Below the pieces are notes generated by a model. It was not told the DNA's origin. It saw only the letters and a program-made list of their open reading frames with translations, and did not search any database. From Styela clava (taxonomy: Eukaryota): a stretch of 64,000 nt of DNA. The position numbers and the translations under genes were made by a program. Each line of letters starts with the position of its first letter. The first letter of the stretch is position 1. Location: assembly GCF_964204865.1 (NCBI RefSeq), contig NC_135253.1, positions 16,988,001 through 17,052,000 of the forward strand, given 5' to 3'. Below are positions 1 to 14,885 of the stretch, in pieces.

Positions 1-1025
1 AAACATTCCTGGATGTTGAAGTTGTGCCATTGACTCAAGCTTCACTTGCCCTGGGATAGTCTGTGCGGTCATCTGTAGTCTATTGATAGGGTATCCTGAT
101 ACTGGAACAGGCACACCGTGGGGAAATTGATGCGAAGGAATATTAGCGCCCGGTATTCCTCCAAAAGCCGGAGGCGGGATTTGAATTTGGTATGCTGTAG
201 CCTGAGCTGCAGTTGTGTATTCTTCACGTGCCGACGCAACAACAGATGTACTGGACACTGTTGTAGTACTGCTTTTTGCTTCGATTTCCTGTTTGATAAA
301 AAAATATATTTTCTCAAACTCCAATATTTATGACAATACCTTTAGAACTTGTTAGCATGTTATGTCAAAAAAAAAAGTATGATCAACGTTTTCATTTCAT
401 GAACAGTAAATGTATAAAAAGAAAAACATTTGTAAAATTATAAACAATCAAGACAACAAATTAGAAATCAAAAACTTGTTCTAAACACAATGAGCAATTA
501 TAGAAAACCTGAAGATCTAGGAAATACAACTTTTGTTAGTATAAAATTTACCAAACAACTTGATAAAAATTCCACCAAATAACACAGGCAAATTTGGTCT
601 CTAAAATTTTGAGACATGATAAGGAAATGCAAATTAATGTAGCAAAGTAGATTAAGCATGAACCTGTTGTATGAGGCATACACAACAATTTGTAATTTAA
701 TACCAGGATATGGTCTTATCAGGAAAATTTCCCAACACTAACCAGATACTCTTCTATACGTTAGTCACATATATTGTTAAGCATGACAGTTTATTATGTT
801 ATCTCACTGAGAGATCAACCATTTTGTTTTACAATATTACACATTGATGTATACAAGCGTTAATCAATGCCGTTTATGTGGTAATTGAAAATATCCTTTC
901 CTCATTTTATAATTCCTAACCTGTTTTATTTGAACTGGTATCTGCTGAGGAATTGGAGACATTTGCTGGTTTGAAATAGTGGTAGGCTGCGATGTGGTCC
1001 AATCCGTACTGGACGTGCCAAGCAT
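1..1025 (-). CDS. N-terminal coding exons (1025-921; 288-<1) of an unidentified Q/P/S/T-rich, probably nuclear/transcription-factor protein; continues off the window
   Basis: ATG at 1025, donor cag|GTTAG at 920, acceptor aaacAG| at 289-290. The spliced frame is open: MLGTSSTDWTTSQP...IPVQIKQ|EIEAKSS...IPGQVKLESMAQLQHPGMF. It has two psiKxE SUMO-type motifs (IKQE, VKLE). No folded domain is visible in the window. Confidence 0.75.
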
Positions 1026-3099
1026 AATACAAAACTGTATGTAAATCTAAGTACGTTCACGCAATACTTCCCGAGCTATTAATACGAAATCCCCTGCAAT
1101 ATAGCAATATCCGGTATTTGTAATAGGATAAATAAATCCAAATATATTCTTTGTAACTACTGGTTATTTCTTCGTGGTACAGCGTATAATAAACCTTATA
1201 ACTGATGAAACATTCAACTACAAGGCTGAAGAGTTACAGTCAGATTATAAAAGCGCAAGTGATAACCGCCGCTTCAATATCGTCGCCTCCGAGAGAGAAA
1301 AAATGAGCGGCTGTGACGGTGTCAGTCTTCACCCTTTGTAACATATGTCACGCTACGCCCCGACAAGGCAAACGCAGATTAATTATATTTATTACTCTGA
1401 AGTGCGACCGCCTGTAACTTACCCGCAGAATATATTCTTATATAAAATGCAAATCGGCTTTAAACTTCCTAAAGGTCGTCGACTGCCAGCGGGAAGAAAA
1501 TCAATAGAAAGTTTGGCCATATCACCGCCTCTCGCCAATGATTACGATCAATTTTCGTAGCTATGCAATGTGCTAAAACGCACAAGAAAGAAAGAGCAAG
1601 CGTAATTTTTCACGCTAGATGCTGACGGAATAATCACATTCCGTGTTCGGAAAAGTTCTGGACGACTGGCATAAGCGTAACAAAATACTTTGGTTCTGAG
1701 GTTCGATGCACAATTGCTAATTTTAGCTGACGACGACGATCAATAGTTATGGCAGTCGTTATAGACGATTTTTAAGCCATTTTCACCGAAAACCTAGTAA
1801 CAACACTCCCGACATTTGACAATCAAGGCGCATATACATTTAAATCAAAGCCAAAATTTCCACCGATGGCATAACGTCCGCGAAAATAAAGGGCTTTCAG
1901 CCAACTCTGCTCTGCATCGGTTATCAAAAATGCGAACAATGAATTGTCTAACCTCGATGAACGTACAAAGAAACAAAAAATATCAACCGTCTATTTCTTT
2001 TCCCTGGAGGAGCTTTGACGGTTGCGTCGATGGACAGCTGTATCAGATTTTGATTAACTGACTCGTGCTTCACCTTTGGGATTCGATGAGCATTTATTGA
2101 TAGGCCATTGCTAGATCATGCTTAGGCCAAGGACCAACGTAGGTCGAAAACGAAAGCAGTCTCTAACCATCATTTCCAAACGAAAGATTTGCTACAGCGC
2201 GGGAACATACCAACAGAAATCACTCAAAACTTAAGCCTTCTATCTTATGCATTATGAGTCATATAAAGTCCCGAGCTTCCCAAGAGAGTTCCGCCCTGGC
2301 AGAAATAAACGGGCAATTAGTGTAAGAACTAAGAGATGAGAAACTGCTTGGCAGGTGCAATTTTCGTGAATCGAATATATAGCACGGTCAGCAGAAGTAT
2401 AAGAACAATCAATTGAAATTGAGTTACTACCGACGAAAAGCTCAGGCTTATGCCAAGAGAACACAAGTGCATTTAATTCATATCGATTCTACTTTCGTCG
2501 TTGAGCGAAAATGGCGGCAAGGAAGAACTACATAACGAAAAGTCCACAATATAAAAGCGCTAAACATGTACATATTAAACAATGTCGCAAATCCATACCG
2601 TCTAGTCTAGATAACGAAACAACATTTGGGGATTGTTGCTGAAACATACGACCGACGTTGATGGAGTACGTCAAACCTCGCTGCATCCAAATAAACCGAT
2701 ATTACATTTTCTAAGCCAGGTATCCAAAACACACATTGTCAGAACGATCATTTAGCTTATAATGGATCAGCGCACTCATGAAGGGTAAGAACGAACGAAC
2801 GATATTCATATTTTGTGAAAGAATACGAAAGTTATTTAATCAAACATCACTACAGATTAGTCAACAAACTACCGCCGTCGTGAACTTCGTATTTTCCCGA
2901 TCATGAAATAACCAGCGTGAAATATTGCCGACTGTAACTTTAAAATTATGTGTCCAAAAATTACTTTTTCAGTGAATAGTAATAGTAACTAGGACCTCTC
3001 GCCAATTATTGCGAAATATATGGCAAATAAGCAACGTAAAAAATTACCGATTGTTACTTGGAAATTATGTGTCCAAAAATTATTTTTATCGTCAATGGG

Positions 3100-3243
3100 A
3101 CTTATCGCCAATTATTTAGAGAAATCTGACAGAAACCTGCCGTTTATCGTCCTCATCCCGCTGTCCTAAAACTTATCGCCAATTATTTAGAGAAATCTGA
3201 CAGAAACCTGCCGTTTATCGTCCTCATCCCGCTGTCCTAAAAC
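3100..3243. repeat. Perfect tandem duplication, ~71-bp unit x2
   Basis: acttatcgccaattatttagagaaatctgacag...cccgctgtcctaaa starts at 3100 and again at 3171. An older, diverged duplication (aaattatgtgtccaaaaatta) is at ~2943 and ~3062. Confidence 0.9.
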
Positions 3244-5311
3244 TCAAACTAATCAATTTTTGCTGCTAAAGTTATGGTGTCGACATCGTATTTGTTCGTG
3301 TGCGCCTTGGCCCAGTTAAAGTTAATTAGATTACTATCCACGTGGTAATGACGAGGCATGTAAAGAGCAACAACGCAAAATCTCACTTATTTATATGACG
3401 TCACTATGCTCATCTTCGATGCGAGATTGAAACTTAGAAACAGCTGTGTTCAAACTCTTCCACTTCCGATTGCTTCAAATATACACTACCAAAACTGATC
3501 TCATACGTTCTATAAAAGGCGAAGTGCGGTAAAAAGATGATATCATCCAAACTGCACAAAGACCAAGGACCCGTCCAAAAATACGTTAACGATCGAGAAA
3601 ACATACGGCGGCCGCTCCTTATTCCATTCGGGATGAATAATTCATTCCAAAAGTCAAAACACGGTGGTATACCATCGCCTTCTCAATCGCTAAAACCACT
3701 GGAAAAATTGTACCACTTTAATCTGTATTGGGTATAGCGTGCGGCAAGCAAGGGGTTAGCAACGCATTGGGATCCTAATGCGTTTCCCACTCAGAGAGAG
3801 ATCTGGCTTACGTCATTTTTATTTTAAGGCGTTGCGTCGAGTTCTATCCGTCTCAACCTAGCGACTGAGTTTTTCACGTCAAATGATAATGGATGGTGGG
3901 CGCCACTGCGCCTATCTTAAAATTCACAGGCTTGTTCTGCTATGGAAGAGCGATACAAAATGAACCAAAATCGTCATTAATGCGCAACCAATTTTATCAT
4001 AAGCCGTGGAATGTAGATATGCAGACACAAGATAAAGACCTCATCCAAAATAGCAAGTTTGAAGTGAAAACAGAACAGAAGCAATATACCCCCATTAGCG
4101 GTTGATAAGAACCAGTTATACACAGTTGCGCAAATGCCAGAACGTCGCCATTAGTTGTGTATCATAAACTGCGGTACGCAATCTGCAATAATATCAGACA
4201 CTCAGCTTTAGAAATTTAATCCGATCGATATACAAAAATTGCACCCTGATGGAATATCGACAAAAACGTCCAAAGCAATAATTTGAAACAGAAGATAAAT
4301 GATATGGCTGTTTTGATGAGCAAAATAAAATGGAATTTCGAGAATAGGAATCCGTATTTACTGCTATCCAAATGTGATGCAGAAAAAAGTCACGGGAAAG
4401 AAATCTTGTGCGGTTATCTGTGCATAAAACACAGTCACGATTGAACGGTTTGACGCCATAAAACTCACGACCACACCCATTTATAACATCCGTCTCGTCA
4501 CAATATTTTAAACACTTCGTCGATGACAAGATATAATATCGCAGAACGTGTCAAGATACAAAATCGAGGATGATATGCGGATTGATTTCACTTCATTTTA
4601 CATGTTTTTTACATTCAAATTTCCAATTTATTACACAAATTGTAAATTTAAAAATAAAACTTGCGATATCAACTCTATACAATACCAGGGGAAATGATAT
4701 TCTAGCGACATTCACGAAAGTCTCCGTTCAGCAATAACTTAGGGAGTCATTCGTTAAACTAACGGTAACCCATCCATTCAACTTTAATCGTGGTCATTCG
4801 CCACATAGGGAATGCAGGCATCAATGCCGTGTGCCGAGATATAATTACAATTAAAAAATAGCTCCCCAACCCCACCTAACGTCCAAGCCCAGGAAGAGAT
4901 CAGAAAACCATCTATTCAATATATCTGATGACCGAGCGTTTCGAAGGATAAAGGACAGCGAGGAGAACTATAAAAGTATGGAATTGATTCCATATTACAG
5001 TCTACTGCTTCTACGGATCACAATTTTTAATGTCAAAAATTTCACAGGATAGTTCACAAGTGTAGGCAAAATTTACAGCGCGAAACACTGATGAACATTA
5101 AAACAAAAAACTTACATTATGTCAAACGGGTACACGTAAAATAATCTAATGAAATCACCACACCTTAAAATATTCCGAAGAAGGGTAGCAGATTAGAGTT
5201 CAATGAAGCGTTGAGGCCTCGCCACATAGGAAATGTAAACATACGTAAGGCGGGAAATGAAAGGTGGAAGAGATATTTTACCCCAGAATCAAGCAGTCAT
5301 GGAAACGACTT

Positions 5312-5447
5312 TCCGTTAGTTAAAGCTTAAAGTAAACACGTTTCAGTCATTCCAGACAAATCGATTAAATACGAGGGTATCCGTTAGTTAAAGCTTAAAG
5401 TAAACACGTTTCAGTCATTCCAGACAAATCGATTAAATACGAGGGTA
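5312..5447. repeat. Perfect tandem duplication, 68-bp unit x2
   Basis: tccgttagttaaagcttaaagtaaacacg...aatacgagggta at 5312 and 5380. Confidence 0.9.
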
Positions 5448-8400
5448 TAGCAAGCATGGAAGACGGAATGGTTGCGCTATCTGTACTTTTTACCGATGAT
5501 ATCGAGCAGCCGTAAACAATTGCCCAATTTTATATGATCGCAAAAAATCTTTCACAAAGCTAATACCTAACAGCGCGCTAAGACAGAGTGGGCAGAGTAA
5601 CTTAATGAAATATCTGTCGCTGAAACGAGCTACGCTACGAACGAGCTGTATGTGATTTCAACTTAGTTTTCATATTCATGAAATCATAAATTGGAAAGGT
5701 TCTCACACATGAACAATATGAATAAGATTACGATAACGGAATTTAAAAACACATAAAAATATAGATAATAAAATCTGGTATGTTTGGCCCGAATCTATTA
5801 CCCATGTAATAAGGAACATAGGAATGTTTATCATGACAAGGTACATTTGGACCAACGTATAATAGCATACCAGATATCATGGTGATTTACACCCGCTAAG
5901 ACGGCGTAACTTTCATACCATATAATCCAATGCCCCTTATTGAGTGCGTAAATAGAAATGAATCATCCGTGAATGATTTTGCGTTAAATCGACAATAGCC
6001 TGGGGCGAAATATGGCGTAAAATAACAAAAGCGTCCGACATTCTCATCTATTCAAATTCAATGATTTCATCATAACAAAACATTCTGATTCGTGTACCTA
6101 ACCTAACGTGCACGATATAGTATCAATTTAACATTGAATTATAGACTCGGGATGGATTTAAAAATGAAATAAAGGAAAATGATGTTATGTTTAAAATAAA
6201 ATCCCTACAGTCTTAGAAGATTGCCACACAAATTTGAATTCCAATATCTTATGTTGATGGATGATGACAAAGTATATGTTGCCAATTTTTACTTTGCAAG
6301 ACTTTATGATTTGAAAATATTAACATCCAAATTTGTAATACATTTTATTAAGTTTTTTTTTTTTTAAATTGTAGAGCGATTTCACGGACACGCTTTATAT
6401 ATAAAATACAGCCGGGACTCGGAGTACTTCTATAAAAGCGAATAGTATAAATCCCTGCAAACAGAATATAATAATACAAAAGCTTTTGAGGAGGTTGTTC
6501 AAATAACGCGTATAACCGACTATCTCCTAGTAACCCAACGTCCGCACAATGTATATCAACGATGACAAAACATCCCTTGAAATAACAAGAAACGATTAGG
6601 AAAAGACATCGCGAAATGTCAAAATCACTCCCGTGAAACGCTAAATGTGAAGGAATATGATACAGTTTGACAGACACATCCAATTGATTTAACAGTGCAA
6701 CTGCCTACAACGAAACTGCGTGAACGCTTGTCTCACAAAACATAATACACGATTGAATGTGATAGGATAACTAGGTAATATAATTTCAAATGTGCCAAAC
6801 CGAGGCATAATGTCACGGAAGCCTCATCAAGGCCGCTATGTTACGCATTAAAACGGCAAAATATTTGCCAATCCAATTTTACTCCTACTTGGCAAACAAA
6901 TTAAATGGGACCACGAACATCTTTCATTCTATAACAGGTTATTAAAAATTACTTTATGGGTGTGGTTATCGGCGATTTATGTGAACAAGATAAAAGTGAC
7001 AGTTGAAAATTTTATATAGAACACAATTACTCACGTTCATAAAGTTCAACAATTAATTTTTGGTCTAATGCAAGAACTAAATTAAACTCCCTGCCCTTAA
7101 AAACCTAGTTCAATATATTTTAGCCTCAAATTACCGTACTAGTTCAATCATAATTTAACAAACAAAAAAACTTAATGTGTACAACATATAATTTAAAAAC
7201 GAGTGTGTGTGCTAGTAACTATTTACAGGAAATGACAACAGAGGACAAAAGAGAAATGTCAAATAGTTCACGGAACAGAGGAAATTGGCTATGACTAGTA
7301 TACGGCTAAATTTCAGTATCGAGTGGTTGATCGTTCTACCAACTCTGTGATTTCGCCGAAGCAATTTACACAATCTATGTTTTTCAGCTCTTAAGTAAAA
7401 GCTATTGCAGGTATAAAAATTCAACAAATTCGAATAAAAATCCTTTTTCTTGCTTGATACTTATAACCCAAATACAGTAATAGAAAAAAAAAATGCACAT
7501 TGATCAAAAAAATTATTCACCTTTTGACATTTAATCTATTGGAATTTAGTGTAATGAATGAGTTTACATTTTAAAAAGTGCCTGACATTTCATAGATGAT
7601 ATTCTATTAAGGGTTAAATAAATGTTTCAATCGCTACATTAAGTTCAAATTTAGAATCACCACATGATTTGGCATCTCAACCTCAACAATTGCTACTACA
7701 ATAACCCACATTTGTCATCAATATAAAATTTAATAATTATTATATCTGTACAAGTTACGGGAAAGACATTATTTCAGTATGTGATATTTATGCGAAACTC
7801 ATTCAAGATTTTTAATTCAAAAAGGATTATCAGAACTAGTGACAAGGACTTCATGCCACAAAACTAAGTTATTGATACATAGAAAGGACAACAAGCAATT
7901 ATAAATTTTATTTTGCGTAATGATTTTTTACTAAGAGGATCATCAGAAGTAATAATAAACAAGCTGATTGAGTTAGCTTACGTGTTTTAAAGCAATTGAC
8001 TGTCTAGATATCGAGGTAAATGCAATTTTATGAGTTGGTCATTGCATTAAAATACCATAAAGCTCAAGAGGACTAGGCATATGAACAAGCTTTCTGCATT
8101 TGAAACACACCACAAATATCAGATTATAAAAGCAGCAGGTTCACATGAACACGCTTATTTGACTAACACTGATATGAAATACTGAAACTTATTTGACCAA
8201 CACTGATATGAACTACTGTTTCAGTATGAGCGTACAGACAAAATAGTCTTACTCAAAATGACGTATTTTTCTTCAATTCGCAGAGAAATCCGTCATAGGG
8301 TTGATTATGAAGTTTTCGTTATTGAAAACTACGAAAAGCGATTTATGAATCGATTAGTATATGCGCTAAAGAGTTTATTTTTCCCAAATCTATCAAGTTC

Positions 8401-11400
8401 AGTAGTTCATAGGTATATGAAAATCAGTAAAATACAGAATACCAAAAAAGTAATTTAAGTATCTTGGCACATACTGGTATAATATGACAAGAACAAAGAT
8501 ATTAATTCAGACTGAAATAATTGATGAAAGTGTACACATACTATTTACCTCACTATGTTACCAACTTATCACATGCACAAGGAATAAAAATAAGGTTTTC
8601 GGATAACCTAATAGATGACAATGATGATAAAATAAAAATTATAACCTTGTTTGAACTAGCACAATTTTTAGCAAGCTAAAGAATTAATATTCAGAATGCA
8701 ATCAAATGTTTGTATTATTACACTTAACAAAAATGAAAAAGAAATCATTCAGCCAATTGAGCATGATGTCACATACTAAAACTGCACATATTCTTTGAGC
8801 TATGCAGCGATAAACTATGAATCAACGAGCGTGACCATGTATTTTGACCGTTATCAAGCAGGTGCAATGTTATAAAAATTCACTCAAACTTAATTAACAG
8901 TCAATGACCTAATATCAGATCATCTTCAGTTATGGACAGGCACAGAGATTGTAATGAGCAAAATTTATACGATTTGAGGGATCCATAACATAAGCATCCA
9001 GACCTAGCAGCATGAAATTTGTCATACGATATTACTTCCGTGTATAATGAAAAAAAAAAATAAATTTATGTAATGCACCAAAAACAATTAAAGATTTTTT
9101 GATATAGATATGTTTTATCCAATAGCTGTAGCTCGAATATAATTTAGACAAATTGTGATTTATATATTCGGTCATTCCATCATGTAATTAAACAATTGTT
9201 TTATCATTTACAGTAAAGAGCATGGAATTTGATAATTTGAAAACACATAAAAATATTGTGTGTGTGTGTGTGCCATCTTTTTATTTGAGGTTCATTTTAC
9301 CAATGATCTGATCTTTTCTAATGCCATTAAATATAAATCATTGAACTACAATATTATTAATAAGAGTGAACATCATGTTTAAAAGCAGCATGAACTACAA
9401 GCGATTGGTCACCGATATTGCATTTTCATCGAACACCTCGATTGACAAATTGCTTACAAAAACTCGATGGTGAGAAAACATGCTTAGATTCAAAACTATG
9501 TTTCCAATCTTTAAAATAAAACTAATAACGCCAGGTTTTAAAATCACATGCAGGTGCTTTTTAACATTAAGTTGATGAATGTATTGTAAATAGTTTTCTA
9601 AGAATTGAAGACACACGACACTCAGAGCATAACATGCATTTGTTTGATGGTAAACCTCATGTATAGTCCAAGGAGTGCAGCAGCTTGATCTTCTGACTCA
9701 CGAACTGATGTGCATCTTGTGTCCAGTCTATTGCAGTTAACAAGAGAACCATATAACACAAACTATACAGAATATAGAGCCCTATAACAGTGCAATAAAT
9801 ATTTTAAAATATATGCCACAAAAGAATGACTGGCAAAGGCCAGGTATATTATGCTTTCGAATAAAACAGTTTCACAACTTCATAAGTGAACCTTACACCT
9901 TACAAATGAACAAATAAATTGATCAGAACATAAACTTCAATCTTGACTGTTGTTTGATTGATATGGAATTGAACTTTAAATACCAAGTAAAGCATATTTT
10001 CTCACAGATCAATACTTTAAATATAGCCTGTAGGTAGGTAGATGGCACATCATGTCAAATTATACAAACACATGACTATATTGATTTATTTAAAGAAGAT
10101 TGATTGTACCAAATTTAGGATTATAGACAAGAATGAATTTCTAATGTCAAATTCATCTGTCAACTTAGATATTATATATTATTCATTTCAATGAAATATA
10201 TAAAAAGTGAAAATAACTCCAATTTCACTAGAAAAACATTCCAACGTTCTCACCAATTTTATGAAAACACCATATTTCTAAATCGTTAGAAGCTGCACAC
10301 AAATTGAGTTTCATGCTACAAAACCTAATTTGGGCAAAATTAAGGACATGAATTGACGTTATTAAAAGGTTGAATATCTGGTTTAAATATTTCTTTTATA
10401 TAAACAAAATTGTTGTTTCATGCGGTAATGAGAAAATAGGCATGATAATTTGCAAATCGACGACAAATTATTGGTTAAAACTGCCTCCATATCACAAATT
10501 CACTTAAAATGTCCATTCTTAAATATCGAAGTTCAAGTAGCGGTATCAGAAATTGTTTCTCTCAAATTACATTTTTTGAAGTGGTGATCGATAGTGTGTA
10601 AACCGCACATTATTCTTCCAACATTGAACCTCATTAGCCAACACACAATAACCTACTATCATGCAAATTGCTTTGTTTGTAATCCTATATAAAACACTAC
10701 CAGAATATCTCACAAAAAAGTAAATGATTTTACAAACACTACATTAACTCTGGATATGACCAAATGATTTACATGCTGAAAAGGTTTTGAGGTGACTAAC
10801 TAATGAGATCTGCATCCAAAATCTGTTAATAATTTGATGAAAATGGCATCGCAAAAGTAGGAAATACAGAAGACAGCCTATATTTGATCTATGCATTCCA
10901 CCATTGCGATAAACTAATTGCTTTAACCACTGATTAGATGACATTGTTAATTATAATTACACTTGCACTCTTGCAATTGAGATGCATAGAAAACAATACT
11001 TGATAACAGTAGAGTAAAAATATAACCCAAGACCAACGTGCATTCCAGGCAAAAAAAAATAATTTTCTCATTGAAAGCAGCGTACATGATGCGATGTGTT
11101 TCTAAGTTTGGTGACATAACACGAACAAGCAAATAAACCACAGAATCTTTTCCTTTCAAGCCAACAGCAGAAAAGCCAAAAATAATAATTATCCAAGTTA
11201 GTACATTAAAAACATATGAGTTTGTTAAAAATCTCTGCAAGAGAAATCCATTCAAAAAGAGAAGTTGAAAGAGAACAGATCCACTACCACAAAAAAGAAG
11301 CAATATATAATAATGAGTTTCATTGCATTCCAGCAGGTGATCAAGGTAATGAAGAATGAGTGACAAATACACAAGAGTTTGCATACATGTTGGTTTGCAA

Positions 11401-12587
11401 AAGATTCGTTTGGTGCAACTTGTTTCTGTGATAATATTACCTCCTCCATGATGCAACAATCTGGTCGTAGACCATATTATTGTAACAAAGCATCGGATGT
11501 GTAGTTCTGCTAAATTCCTGTAGGTTTCAATATATTCAACAAGTAATTTAATAGCACTAAAATTTAACAAACCAGTGAATTTGCAGCATCACATATGCCT
11601 AAAAAGAACGATGCTTAGTTTCAGAGCACTTTGCATAGCTTTGAAAGATAAATATTTTTCAATCCACATTATGTAGAAAATTTGCATTATCCCCCTTCAA
11701 AATTTCAACCTGAACATCATATTATATTGTCCTATTGTAATGCACCACGCATTTTAGATGTCCCGTCTTTGATGCATGCCCACATTGTTAATTGGCATAT
11801 ACAAGAGAAAATTAGAGATGGGCGATGGATTGAATCATTGGTTTTACACACATCAGGCAATATATTTTGTTTGAGCGATCTATTTTCTATATTTTTTATG
11901 AAATGGGGGAAATAAGTAGGCTCAGCATCATCTTGCACAAAAATAGAGGAACAGTAAGCAATAAGAAGATTACTTTGACATATCCCTATCTTTATATAAA
12001 ATCTTGACTGAAAAATTAAAGATTTTTAACAAGATTCCGGGCAAGACAATTACTGCGTTATCTAGGACCGTGAGAAGGGATCTTTCGGGCATGTGTTAAA
12101 AAAGCACCGCAGTGGCACACGGTAGAAAAATAGAATAACCAGTCAGTTGGATCATTCAAATCTTTAGACCCCTTTTCAAGTTTTCAGTAAATCAAGTCCT
12201 TTTGCAGATTTGGGCTGCGGGATTCAGGACTCACGGTACTACCACTGTATCACAGTAACCATGCAGTAATAACATAATTTTGACGATGGGACGCAGATTT
12301 GAACAGTCTGACAGTGTCATTACCGGTTATTCAATAATTACAGAATAATGTTACATTTTTATGTCCCGCTGTCCCTAAATTTCCCATTCCCAATTAAAAA
12401 CCTTTTTTCTGTTTATCATCTGATCATAGACTATTGTAGACTTCTTGTATGAATAATAACAAAAATATCAGAATTCTGCAGAATACGATTAACAGATCAT
12501 TGTAAACACATAAACAGGTGCCGTAAGTTAAAGGCAGTAAAGGATGTATGGCATTTATTAATTTCTGAAGTTACGGTATTCACTCAC

Positions 12588-12850
12588 CAGTTTGGCTCTT
12601 GAGAAGATCCGTTGGAATTTTTCGTCCAGACGTTTGATTTCGTACAAATATTACCTCGTAAAATGGCTTCTCAAAAAATAGTCACACCACCAGATTTAGG
12701 CTTATCTATAAGACTATAACACAGTAATACCAGAAATTTGCAACAAGTTTCTATCAAGAACGTCAACAAAGTCTGAATGATGAGGGACTGTGGGGAGAAT
12801 TTACCGACGAAGAAGGGTGTTGTGTAGTCTCGAGACAGCCAGATTCGACA
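12588..12850 (-). promoter_or_regulatory. Probable upstream (likely non-coding) first exon and promoter of the left-hand gene
   Basis: Strong donor ctg|GTGAGTG at 12587-12581 in a CpG-containing patch. A candidate acceptor atacAG lies at 1035-1036, just above the ATG. This implies an ~11.5-kb intron. Confidence 0.4.
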
Positions 12851-13047
12851 TAGTGAAGATTTTTTGTATTTTATTTTTTGAAAACAGGAGAAAATTCTTA
12901 CATTTTTTATATTTATTACATGACTATAACTAAATAAATAATGATAAAAAATAGCACAGTTGTCAGAGTAAAGATAAATAATCTATGATAATATGAATAG
13001 ATGCCATTTTGTATTGTGTATCAGGATTTTTCCCTTTTTTATTGCTA

Positions 13048-13322
13048 CCGTGTTCCCCCGAAAATAAGACCCACCGTGAAAATAAGACCTATGAATATTA
13101 GAAATGACTTTAATAAAATTCCTCCTCTTAAAAGAAGACGATGCTGATTTAATCCTGGAATTTTATGGACTAAATTCCAAACATCCTATCCGAAAATAAG
13201 ACCCACCGTGAAAATAAGACATATGAATATTAGAAATGACTTTAATATAATCCCTCCTCTTAAAAGAAGACGATGCTGATTTAATTCTGGAATTTTATGG
13301 ACTAAATTCTAAACATCCTATC
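13048..13322 (+). mobile_element. Tc2/pogo-type (Tc1/mariner superfamily) MITE end with an internal 132-bp tandem duplication
   Basis: Starts TA|CCGTGTTCCCCCGAAAATAAGACC, with iterated AAAATAAGAC motifs. The unit repeats at 13058 and 13190. No right TIR was found. Confidence 0.6.
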
Positions 13323-14885
13323 TTGGTTATGCTGATCGTGCCGTGTCGAAGCGTAAATATCAGTGACACCGCATGCAGAGAGCTGGCTCCCATTGGATAC
13401 AACGATGCATCGGCAATATATGTGCAATCGTGCACTAGAAGAAAGATATTTGAATAACATGGACGGTCTTACATCGTTGCTTTTACTTGTTGGCAACCTG
13501 TTATTCAAGTAAATTACTCGATGACCCAGCGTCCGCTTCGTTACGGCCTCGCCACATTGCTTTAATACCAATTTTAAAGCACAGATTATAAACTACTCCA
13601 CATTGTTGTCAGAATAAGATACTACTACTAGTAACCGGGCGATAGGCCGCCGTTTCCTAAATTTCAATACTGTGTGTTTTTCTTGGCATTGTGAATATTT
13701 TTTCAACCAAAAATTTTGAAATCAATCATCTTATCTATCTTCAACATGGTCTAATCGTAAATATATACTACTACGGTCTAATCGTTGGTCGTTGGGTCTA
13801 ATACAGTTTTTTCGTGATTAATTTTTGATTACTATAACAAAAATAAAACCTCTGAATACAAAATTACCATTGCGCACAACACAAAAAAACATTTTATTGG
13901 CAAAACCACAAAAAAGGCCAATGTTTGCAATCTTTTAAAATCTGTCCGAGTGGGGAAGTGTCTGAGTGAATTTTTTTTTGTTCGTTTTTAGATCCATGCC
14001 TTTCACTCCGAGCAGGGCCCTATATTTACAAACTTGTCTGAAAGGTTCCAACTAATATAACTATGAGTAAAAATAACATGGTTCAAGCATCCTTGTGGTG
14101 AGTACCACATACGGATCCGAAGTAGAAAGTAAACGAAGAGAAAGGACCTGCAGTTCAATACACAATATCCAAGTTCCCTTAAGCGTTTTAGCAGGGTTAA
14201 TATAACTATCTAAAGCGGTCCCAATGAAAAGATCTGTCTACGGCCCTTTCATGCGGAAATCATGGTCCGTGCGCGGCATAGGCGTAGCCAGGGGGGGGGG
14301 GCAGAGGGGCCATGCCCCCCCCCCCCCCAAAATTTTCAAGAATTCTATTCCTAATCCACCAGTTTTGTGGCATCTTGTCTCGTCACGCTTGCTGATTGTC
14401 ATTGTTACGTCACAAAGACTTGACCGTTCGCTCTTATGAGCCGTATGGGAAAGACTGTTTCGCAAGCTTTCGGTCAGTTACTCGGTCTTGATTTGTTCTC
14501 GCCGGATTTTTATTCGAAACGCTTGGATTTTGATGACCAAATTACTTCGATGGCTAAATTTAAACAGACGAAATTCGATAGTTTTTACCAGCGAAATAAA
14601 GACTCGCTTTCCTCAAATACATCAATAAGCGCTTCTCAGGCTGTGGATTCATTCTTAAGAAACATACACAGCTTACCGATGCGGAGAGATACAGGCTTCT
14701 AACTTCGGATGGTCCGAAAAACGTGACGATTCTGGATACTGTTAGACAAAGTCGTCGTAAATTTCTCAAAAAATGGCTTGACGATAACAGATTTTGCAGT
14801 TGGTTAGTTTACACCCAACTCTCTGATGGGGGTGGTTTGTGTAAGATATGCATAGTCATGCAAGCACGTTTGAAGCATGGAACTC

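Noticed and set aside
10947-11570. 207-aa hydrophobic ORF
   Set aside because: TTG start, T-rich compositional bias and no recognisable motif; likely a chance ORF in the intron.
14059-14077. aactatgagtaaaaataac resembling the 5' part of U12 snRNA
   Set aside because: It lacks the GG of the branch-point-pairing GTAAGGA, and no Sm site or 3' stems follow.
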